Shown here one piece after another: positions 57,001-64,000 of a stretch of 64,000 bases of DNA. The DNA lies in the NCBI GenBank assembly GCA_903840165.1, contig CAIMEY010000002.1:133109-197108 (forward strand), in the 5' to 3' direction. The notes beneath the pieces are model-generated. The model was not told the origin of the DNA, did no database searches, and was given only the letters and a program-made list of their open reading frames with translations. This stretch comes from an uncultured Myxococcales bacterium. GTDB lineage: Bacteria > Myxococcota_A > UBA9042. The stretch's first letter is position 1; each line of letters starts with the position of its first letter. Position numbers and translations under genes: made by a program.

Positions 57001-58317
57001 ATGACCACGGAAATGCTACAGAATCAGAGCTGTTTGCCGACAAGCTGTCCCGGCCAAGGTGGTTGGTTGCAACTGCTTTCGGAGCGCGGGTCAAGCGATC
57101 CGCTGCTGGCGCAGCCGCAACTGGCTGAACACTTGGCGAATTGCCCTGCTTGCCAAGCGGAAGTGGCCGATGTTCGGCGATTTCAGACCCTGCTGCTGCG
57201 TGGAAAAACGCCGCAATTGAGCGCAGAACAGCGGCAAGTGACCGAAGCCCGGGTCCGCGAGTTGGCGGCGGCTTGGTCGGCCCCGCCTCGGCTATCGCAG
57301 CGTTGGGTGTGGGGCGTGGCGATCGCGGCCGCAGCGGCGGTGGTAGCCATCGTCGGGCGACCGTATGTTGTGGAACATGCGCAGCAGCAAGAGCTTTGGC
57401 AGAAGCAGCTCGTCGCGGCAACCCTGCCGACAGCGGACAAGCCCGGGCCGGGAATTCGCAGCAGCGCTGTCGAAGGATCGCTGGAAGTGGCCAATCGCGA
57501 TGGCACTTGGCATCCGATGCAGCCTGGTCAGGTTGTGCAGGCTGGGATGCGGTTGCGCGCGGGTGCGACGGCAGCGCGCCTGCTTGTTCCCGGGCGCTTT
57601 GAGCTAAATCTCCAGGCGCATGCGGAGTTAGATGTCTTGGCGACCACGCCGAGCAGCGCCGTTTCTCCGGGCGATGCCGCCCTGCGATTGCGCTCGGGCG
57701 AGGTCGATTGCGCGGTAGAAAAGCTCAACCCTCCTCAGCGATTCATCGTAATGTTTGGTGGTTATCGGGCATCTGTGGTCGGAACTCGATTCGCGGTCCA
57801 GCACGCCATGGCGAGCGCCGGGCTGCAAGTGCAGGTGACCGAAGGGGCCGTGCGCGTGGATCAGGCCGAAGATTGGTGGCATGGCCCCAGCGGTGACACG
57901 GTGACGACGGTCCATGCAGGTCAACGATGGCGCATGGATGGCGGTCGATTGTCCTTGGAACCCATGGCCTTGTCATTGGCCCAGCCTCAATCGGGCCAGC
58001 CTGCTGGGGTCCCGAAAGCGGCGCAATTGAGCGGCTCAGCTCCGGCAGGAGCAGCGATCGGTGGTGAAGATTCAACTGCAATTCCTGTAGGTTCCATGAG
58101 TATTCCCGGTGGGGCCGTTGGCACGACCGTGCGCAGTCGGATTCCCGTCGGCCGCGAGGCAGCGGTGCGCGACGCCCTTGGCAGCGACAGTGCTGGGTCT
58201 GGAGAAACTGGCGATCAAGCTAAGGAAAATCAACCGATTCACCGCAAGCGCAACATCTTGATTGAAGTGCCGCCGCAGGTGATGGGGCCCGAGGAAGGCT
58301 TTGCGGGGCCCCACTAA
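57001..58317 (+). CDS. Anti-sigma factor: N-terminal zinc-binding ZAS motif, single TM, periplasmic FecR-like domain
   Basis: 438 aa. HLANCPACQAE (HxxxCxxC). TM WVWGVAIAAAAAVVAIVG. FecR-like FIVMFGGYRASVVGTRFAVQH...VQVTEGAVRV. 29 bp downstream of the ECF sigma gene. Confidence 0.8.
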   Translation: MTTEMLQNQSCLPTSCPGQGGWLQLLSERGSSDPLLAQPQLAEHLANCPACQAEVADVRRFQTLLLRGKTPQLSAEQRQVTEARVRELAAAWSAPPRLSQRWVWGVAIAAAAAVVAIVGRPYVVEHAQQQELWQKQLVAATLPTADKPGPGIRSSAVEGSLEVANRDGTWHPMQPGQVVQAGMRLRAGATAARLLVPGRFELNLQAHAELDVLATTPSSAVSPGDAALRLRSGEVDCAVEKLNPPQRFIVMFGGYRASVVGTRFAVQHAMASAGLQVQVTEGAVRVDQAEDWWHGPSGDTVTTVHAGQRWRMDGGRLSLEPMALSLAQPQSGQPAGVPKAAQLSGSAPAGAAIGGEDSTAIPVGSMSIPGGAVGTTVRSRIPVGREAAVRDALGSDSAGSGETGDQAKENQPIHRKRNILIEVPPQVMGPEEGFAGPH

Positions 58318-58384
58318 TCCGAGCTAGGCGAACCGAGCGCCGGTAAGTCGTTGCGGCATTGCGTGTCAGTGGTGCCCAGCGCTT

Positions 58385-58888
58385 TCACAGGTCGACGCCG
58401 ACTCCCGATCCCCAATACCAAATGACGTGAATGCCAGCAATCCCGGCGGTTTTGCTGCCTAATTGCTCGACTCCGGCGCGCAAATCGATGCCGCGTTTGC
58501 GGGTGGGGCGATACGCTAGGCTGGCCTCCAAGCGCCCGACTAGATTGACGCTTTGGTCGTGATTCTTGCTGTTTACGATCGGATCGGTGACTGAGCCGAG
58601 ACCCACGCCAGCGATAAGGCTGGGGATCCAGGTCAGCGCGTCAATCACCACGCGTGCATCGGCCGTAGCGCTGAGGTCACCTGAGGACGCGGAAGAAAAG
58701 CGCGTATGGCCGCGAACGGACACGCCGAAAGCCCAAAAGTCCGAAACGTTTTTAAGCAGTTGCCCCTCGGCACCTAGGCGAGTCAGGTCCCCACCAACGC
58801 CTAGGGACAGCTCGCCTTCTTTGGCCGACGCATGGGCAAGCCCAGGGCAAAGCAGGAGAAATAGGAACACAAAAACAAGTCGTTGCAT
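58385..58888 (-). CDS. Small secreted/outer-membrane protein (beta-rich), translationally coupled to ligA
   Basis: 167 aa. Signal peptide MQRLVFVFLFLLLCPGLAHA. Its ATG overlaps the ligA TGA (ATGA). Confidence 0.5.
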   Translation of the reverse strand: MQRLVFVFLFLLLCPGLAHASAKEGELSLGVGGDLTRLGAEGQLLKNVSDFWAFGVSVRGHTRFSSASSGDLSATADARVVIDALTWIPSLIAGVGLGSVTDPIVNSKNHDQSVNLVGRLEASLAYRPTRKRGIDLRAGVEQLGSKTAGIAGIHVIWYWGSGVGVDL

Positions 58889-61152
58889 CAGATTGCCTGT
58901 GTCAGGACCGGTAAGGCCTGCGCGTCGAGGTCGGCCCAGAATTGCGCCTCAGCGACGATGGCGATTCTGCCACCCGAGGCTTTGAGTTTACGGGCTTTTT
59001 TCAATTTTGACGATGGGTCGGCTGCCTCGAGTTCATCGGCACCAACCACCAGCAGCGTCGTCTCGGCCGTCACATCGGAACCCGCGGTAGCACCAAGACT
59101 CTGGATGCGCTTCTGGGCATCTCTTCGCAGCATCCTTTCTAGTTTTCCCGTAAATACAATGATGTGACCCGAAAGCGGGCCGTCCAGGGACTCTTGGCCC
59201 ACCGGCTGCGAAATCGTCATGAATTCGAGGAGTCGATCGATTAGGGCCCCTTGGGCGCGCATGCCCATGGCGACCTGAAGCGCGGACATTTTCAGGCCCT
59301 TGCGCTTGGCCCAGTCTGCCAGCCTCTTGTCCAGGGCCTGCAACCGGGTACGGGCATCCGAGGCCATGGACAGCGCCGCGCCTTCGGTCGACGCCTCGGT
59401 CTCGGCCTTGACAATCCCCAGCAAGGCCCCGAGTTCAAAGGCATTCATCGCCCGAAGATCGCCCAGCTGCGCCGTCGCTGCCAGTCGCTGGGCCGACTGC
59501 TTGCCCAGGGTCGGAATACCCAAACTCGTAAGAAATCTAGGCAGATCAACGTTGCGACAGCGCTGCACCTGCCCGATCAGCTTGGCAGCACTGGTCTTGC
59601 CTAGGCCTGGAAGTCCTTCAAGTTGTTGCTCTTTGAGCTGGAACAGGTCGGCCGCATCCCCAACCAAGCCGGAGCTCACCAGTAGGTCGATGACCTTTTC
59701 GCCAAAGCCATCCATCTCCAATTCGCTACAAAAATGAAGGACTTGCTCGCGAATGACCACTGTGCAGCCTCCTTCGCGGCTACAACGCAGCACCAAGCGA
59801 TCGGCCTCAGTGGCCAATTCACTCGGTCGCATCCGCAAACGCCTTGGAATCGCAGGACTTCCACAAGAGGGGCATTGCTCTGGCACCCGCAGCAGTTCGG
59901 TGCCTCCCCCCAGATTGCGTTCCAGGTGGGGAATGACGCCGCCCTTGCGTGAAACCACGATCGTATCGCCGCGATGCAGATTCAGTTCTTTGAAATTGCT
60001 AAGATTATGCAGGCTCGATCGGCTGATCGACGCGCCAGCCAAGAGCACAGGCGTAAAAAGCGCCACCGGCGTGATCGTGCCCGACCGCGACACGTTCCAG
60101 TGCACGTCGACAAGGCGGGTCTGGTCCTCATCGGCCGTGAATTTCCATGCAATTGCCGAGCGAGGATGGTGGTCACTGGCGCCGAGGCGACGATGCATCT
60201 GCAGGTCAGCCAGTTCAAAGACGACGCCGTCTGCCTCAAAATCCCAGGAGTTGCGGGCCATTGCCATGGTACTAAACGCTGCCATGGCCTGATCGCCCGG
60301 GATCTCTTGCCATGGAGCCGGCGTAAGGCCAAGGGTCTGGGCAAAGGCCAGGCGGTCGGCCTTGGACGGCAGGTCGAGACCGACGACATCGTAGGCGAGA
60401 AAATGCAGCGAATCCAGTGGTATGGATGCCGTCAGCTCGGTCTTCAGCAGGCCCGCGGCTAGGTTGCGCGGATTGGAGAACTGATCGGCCACGGCGGCAA
60501 ACAGGCTCAAGGGCACGTAGACTTCGCCGCGAATCTCGACGCCGCCCTTGGCCAGCGCTGCCGGAATAGTCCTTGGAATGCCAGAGGCTTGCAGAACGTT
60601 TCGCGTCACATCCTCGCCGACGCGGCCATCCCCTCGCGTCGCGCCGCGGACCAGTTGTCCGTCGCTGTCGTAGCGAATACTGCAAGCCAAACCGTCGATT
60701 TTCGGCGTCATCACCAGCCGCGCTTGGGGGCTGCGGGCCGTCCATTGGTCAAACTTTTCCTGCTGCTGCCGCCGTTGTCCAATAGCGGCCTGCACTTTGG
60801 CATCATCGCCGCGGGGGATGCGGATTCGCGTTGCGCGCTTCTCGCCGCACTCAGACTCCCAAATGCCGCCAAGCCAATTCTCAAACTCGCTAACATCGTT
60901 ACATTTTTCCAGCGATAACATCGCCCGCTCGTGCACGACTTTGTCGCCGGTCACCGGGGCCCCGACTTGCCCAAGCACCGGATGGCCCGGCTCTAGCCGT
61001 CGCAGCGAGGCCACCAGGCCATCAAACTGCGCATCGCTGATTTCTGGCTTGCCGTCGCGGTGATAAGCCACGTTGTGGTGGGCAACCTGCGCGGCCAGTT
61101 GCTCAATATCCACGGCTGGTTGCAAAAGGTCATTGAGGCTTGCTTGACTCAT
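58888..61152 (-). CDS. ligA: NAD-dependent DNA ligase
   Basis: ORF 58888..61353. Canonical N-terminus at internal MSQASLNDLLQPAVDIEQLAAQVAHHNVAYHRDGKPEISDAQFDGL (minus ATG 61152). KIDGLA adenylation Lys. ATRGDGRVGEDVT. Zn-finger CPSCGS. HhH and C-terminal BRCT region. Confidence 0.9.
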   Translation of the reverse strand: MSQASLNDLLQPAVDIEQLAAQVAHHNVAYHRDGKPEISDAQFDGLVASLRRLEPGHPVLGQVGAPVTGDKVVHERAMLSLEKCNDVSEFENWLGGIWESECGEKRATRIRIPRGDDAKVQAAIGQRRQQQEKFDQWTARSPQARLVMTPKIDGLACSIRYDSDGQLVRGATRGDGRVGEDVTRNVLQASGIPRTIPAALAKGGVEIRGEVYVPLSLFAAVADQFSNPRNLAAGLLKTELTASIPLDSLHFLAYDVVGLDLPSKADRLAFAQTLGLTPAPWQEIPGDQAMAAFSTMAMARNSWDFEADGVVFELADLQMHRRLGASDHHPRSAIAWKFTADEDQTRLVDVHWNVSRSGTITPVALFTPVLLAGASISRSSLHNLSNFKELNLHRGDTIVVSRKGGVIPHLERNLGGGTELLRVPEQCPSCGSPAIPRRLRMRPSELATEADRLVLRCSREGGCTVVIREQVLHFCSELEMDGFGEKVIDLLVSSGLVGDAADLFQLKEQQLEGLPGLGKTSAAKLIGQVQRCRNVDLPRFLTSLGIPTLGKQSAQRLAATAQLGDLRAMNAFELGALLGIVKAETEASTEGAALSMASDARTRLQALDKRLADWAKRKGLKMSALQVAMGMRAQGALIDRLLEFMTISQPVGQESLDGPLSGHIIVFTGKLERMLRRDAQKRIQSLGATAGSDVTAETTLLVVGADELEAADPSSKLKKARKLKASGGRIAIVAEAQFWADLDAQALPVLTQAI

Positions 61153-61528
61153 GGGCACCTTGATCGTGGACGGGCCCTCACGGTGGGCCAGTGGGTTCTG
61201 CCGCAGCGGCATCTTGCCCGATGCCCGCAGGACTGTTAGTTTGTCGCGCGTTGTCCACTGCCCGCGGCCGGTCTGCACCGGATCTGCAGCGGGGAGCGGC
61301 ACAATCCAATCGACCCCGCGCGGCTCATCGATTGGCGGCGCTGCCTCGGTCAACTGCAGGTAATGACAGCAGTATTACGCGAGATTTCGACGGCATGGGC
61401 CGCGCGTGTCGCTGGGCTGCGTCGTCGCTGCTAGGTGGTGCTCAGCATCATCCTTCGCGCTGCGTTGGAATCATAACCTCGCTTCACTTTGGGCTTTTGC
61501 CTGGGGTAGCGTTTCATGCCAGACCCAC

Positions 61529-61602
61529 GTCCCCGTAGCTCAGAAGGATAGAGCGTTCGCCTCCTAAGCGAAAGGCCACAGGTTCGATTCCTGTCGGGGA
61601 CG
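61529..61602 (+). tRNA. tRNA-Arg (anticodon CCT)
   Basis: GTCCCCGTAGCTCAGAAGGATAGAGCG-TTCGC-CTCCTAA-GCGAA-AGGCCACAGGTTCGATTCCTGTCGGGGACG. 7-bp acceptor stem GTCCCCG/CGGGGAC. Anticodon loop CT-CCT-AA. GTTCGATTC T-loop. CCA not encoded. Confidence 0.85.
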
Positions 61603-61688
61603 CCCGCATGACGGTCCGGCCCACGCCGAGTCCTGCCCCTATTACCCAGCGGCTTGACCGCAACTTCGTCCGCCAAAGGCACCAAAGT

Positions 61689-62966
61689 ATGAGTGAAATT
61701 GAGTCTCCTGCCGCTGATCCTGAATCAGCCGTGCCCCCATCGACCCATGTGCCCCAGACTGAGCTCGCCTTTGAGGAACTGCCCATTCCGGCGCAAATCC
61801 TTCGTGGTTTGGATGACTTAGGCTTTGCCCGCTGCACGCCGATTCAGGCCCGCTCGCTGCCCCACACCTTGCATGGCGCGGACCTAGCCGGCCAAGCGCA
61901 GACGGGGACGGGCAAGACGGCGGCCTTCTTGATCACGATTTTCAAGGAGTTGCTAGAGACTGAGCGCGTCCACCCCACGGCGCCTCGGGCAGTCGTTGTC
62001 GCGCCGACCCGAGAGTTGGCGCTGCAAATTGCCAAAGATGCCGGGGATGTGGGCAAGCATTGCCACTTTCGCACAGTAGCTGTGTTTGGCGGCATGGATT
62101 GGGAAAAGCAGGCCAAAGTGCTCGAGGGCACGGTCGACTTGGTCGTCGGCACGCCTGGGCGCATGATGGACTATATGCGCAAAAAATACTTGGACTTGCG
62201 CCATGTTCAAGTGGTCGTGGTCGATGAAGCCGACCGGATGTTCGACATGGGGTTCGTCGCGGACATTCAGTACATCCTGGGGCACTGTTCGCCTGACCGT
62301 CAGACGCTTTTGTTTTCTGCGACGCTGAGTTACGAGGTCATGCGCCTGGCTCACCAATACATGCGCGAGCCCGTGCAGATTCGCGTTGAGCCCGAGCAAG
62401 TCACGGCCAAGAACGTCGAACAGCGCCTGTACCACGTCTCTGAGCGTGAGAAGATGCCGTTCCTCCTGTATTTGCTGGAGAAACATCAGCCGCGCAAGGC
62501 GCTTGTGTTCATCAATACCAAGCGCGCTGGTGAATGGCTGAACTTTAAGTTGTTTCACAATGGCTGGAATTCTGAGTACATGTCAGGCGATATCGCGCAA
62601 AAGAAGCGCCTGCGCCTGGTCGAAGAATTCCGCGAGGGCAAGATTGAGGTCCTGGTCGCAACCGACGTAGCTGCGCGTGGTCTGCATGTGGATGATGTTG
62701 ATCTTGTAGTGAATTTTGACTTGCCGCTGGATGCCGAAGATTACGTGCACCGCATTGGCCGTACCGGACGCGCAGGCCAGAAAGGCTTGGCCCTGGCCCT
62801 GGCCGACGAGGCGTTGGTCGAAAAGCTAGCCGCCATCGAAAAGTACATCGGTCAGAAGCTGCCCGCGGAAATCCATACGCGTGACATGCTGTTAGACGAC
62901 TTGAGTCCGAGTTTCCGTGAAACGGTGCTCAAACACCGGCCGCCACCGCCGCGCCGGCGCCGTTGA
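61689..62966 (+). CDS. DEAD-box ATP-dependent RNA helicase
   Basis: ORF 61608..62966. Start at internal MSEIESPA (clears the tRNA). Q-motif GFARCTPIQ. Walker A AQTGTGKT. PTRELA. DEAD (VVVDEADRM). SAT. HRIGRTGRAG. C-terminal basic tail. Confidence 0.9.
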   Translation: MSEIESPAADPESAVPPSTHVPQTELAFEELPIPAQILRGLDDLGFARCTPIQARSLPHTLHGADLAGQAQTGTGKTAAFLITIFKELLETERVHPTAPRAVVVAPTRELALQIAKDAGDVGKHCHFRTVAVFGGMDWEKQAKVLEGTVDLVVGTPGRMMDYMRKKYLDLRHVQVVVVDEADRMFDMGFVADIQYILGHCSPDRQTLLFSATLSYEVMRLAHQYMREPVQIRVEPEQVTAKNVEQRLYHVSEREKMPFLLYLLEKHQPRKALVFINTKRAGEWLNFKLFHNGWNSEYMSGDIAQKKRLRLVEEFREGKIEVLVATDVAARGLHVDDVDLVVNFDLPLDAEDYVHRIGRTGRAGQKGLALALADEALVEKLAAIEKYIGQKLPAEIHTRDMLLDDLSPSFRETVLKHRPPPPRRRR

Positions 62967-63006
62967 GGATGGCTGCGCGTGCTGGGCTTGCCTCGTCGAC
63001 CTGGGC

Positions 63007-63035
63007 TTGACACCTGCATCACTGCTGCCCATACT
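63007..63035 (+). promoter_or_regulatory. Sigma-70-like promoter (TTGACA-17 nt-CATACT) upstream of tRNA-Leu
   Basis: TTGACA at 63007-63012, 17-nt spacer, CATACT at 63030-63035. ~85 nt upstream of the tRNA 5' end. Confidence 0.35.
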
Positions 63036-63119
63036 GTCCGCCGCTTGCAGACACCTGCGCGGTGCGAGCGGGCAAGGCGAGGAGAGGCCCCTGTGCAGGC
63101 AAACTCCTTGAAAGTCCAT

Positions 63120-63203
<84 letters not shown>

Positions 63204-63281
63204 CCCCAACTGACCTGCTGCAAGCGCCACTGGTATCCAACCAAGTGGCGCTTTGCGTTTTTGCCGCAGACGGCGGGACTT

Positions 63282-63830
63282 ATGCGTCTGATAGACCTCT
63301 CGATGACGCCCGTGGCCACGACGATTTCGCATGGATTATCGTGGATTGGCATGGTGCTTCTCCTCCTGGCGGGGCCTCTGAGTTGCGCCAAGTCAGGGCC
63401 GGAACGACATCTCGAACAGGCGGAAGCGCAACTCAAGGATGCGCTTGACCTTTTACGCCAAGCGCATGGCAAGCAGCGGGCTTTGCTGGCGGCGACCCTT
63501 GCCTACCGCGCCGATCATGGGGCTCAGATCCAAGCGTTGCGCGTGCACGGCGGCGAAATTCTCAATCAACTCAATGGCGATGAGCGCATTCACTGGCAGA
63601 CCGAGTCGCAGAACCGCCTCTCGCCCGTGCTAGCGCAAATTGAACTGGCGAGTCAGCAATTCCTGATTCCGGAGCAGGCTTTGGCTGTGGTGATGCCCCT
63701 GCTGGTCCAAGCCACGCCCAAGGCGACCGGCCAAAGGCCTTGGCTGCCGCCGGTGCCGCCTTCGCCCTTTGAACAATCAGGACCTGCGCCAGGCCTGCCA
63801 GGGGCTCATTCGCCTGGGAGTGCGCCATGA
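63282..63830 (+). CDS. Hypothetical secreted/membrane-anchored protein
   Basis: ORF 62979..63830 overlaps the tRNA. Internal start MRLIDLSMTPVATTISHGLSWIGMVLLLLAGPLSC (signal/anchor) at 63282 is more plausible. Its stop overlaps the lnt ATG (ATGA). Confidence 0.45.
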   Translation: MRLIDLSMTPVATTISHGLSWIGMVLLLLAGPLSCAKSGPERHLEQAEAQLKDALDLLRQAHGKQRALLAATLAYRADHGAQIQALRVHGGEILNQLNGDERIHWQTESQNRLSPVLAQIELASQQFLIPEQALAVVMPLLVQATPKATGQRPWLPPVPPSPFEQSGPAPGLPGAHSPGSAP

Positions 63831-64000
63831 TCGCCCTGACGAACTGGCTCTTGGCCACGCTGTCGGGCGTACTGGTGTTTCTGGCCTTTCCCAGCTGGAA
63901 TATCCATTATCTCGCATGGTTTGCTTATGTTCCTTTGCTCGTGGCTGCGCGCAACGCGACGGTGCGCCAGGCCTTTGTGATCGGCCTGTGGGCGGGGACC
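63827..64000 (+). CDS. lnt: Apolipoprotein N-acyltransferase, N-terminal fragment (continues past the window end)
   Basis: MIALTNWLLATLSGVLVFLAFPSWNIHYLAWFAYVPLLVAARNATVRQAFVIGLWAGT matches the Lnt N-terminal TM region pattern (LAFPP..L..LAW.ALVPLL). Confidence 0.7.
   Translation, partial: MIALTNWLLATLSGVLVFLAFPSWNIHYLAWFAYVPLLVAARNATVRQAFVIGLWAGT

Overview
High-GC (~60-70%) chromosomal window from a Myxococcota-type genome. Lineage evidence: two proteins carry a MYXO-CTERM sorting tail (GC + TM helix + Arg cluster), there are giant Cys-rich repeat lipoproteins (C-x-D-x-N-x-C-T-x-D-x-C units), and a Hanks-type Ser/Thr kinase. Housekeeping genes (a guaB-like IMP dehydrogenase family gene, argS, dnaB, argB, argC, ligA, DEAD-box helicase, tRNA-Arg(CCT), tRNA-Leu(CAG), lnt) are interspersed with very large lineage-specific envelope proteins. 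These are two paralogous Cys-repeat lipoproteins flanking the guaB-like gene, a 1339-aa MopE-like/PPC-domain lipoprotein, a 3264-aa alpha-solenoid/TPR protein, and a CGxLPGC-repeat lipoprotein. Also present are a metzincin + S41 peptidase operon, a tail-anchored STK with a secreted partner, and an ECF sigma / ZAS-FecR anti-sigma pair. The most novel sequence-level signal is a ~190-250 bp repeat element with CTAGTAC terminal inverted repeats, present in two inverted copies (around 10.2 kb and 37.6 kb). Each copy sits in a convergent intergenic gap and supplies the TAG stop of the adjacent gene. It is probably a MITE or structured REP-like element. Other notable signals are a CBS-less IMPDH, a G9 homopolymer inside an OMP gene, a 16-bp x4 tandem repeat downstream of a solitary RHH gene, and an operator-like palindrome at the promoter of the giant Cys-repeat gene. 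No CRISPR array, prophage or rRNA was seen.
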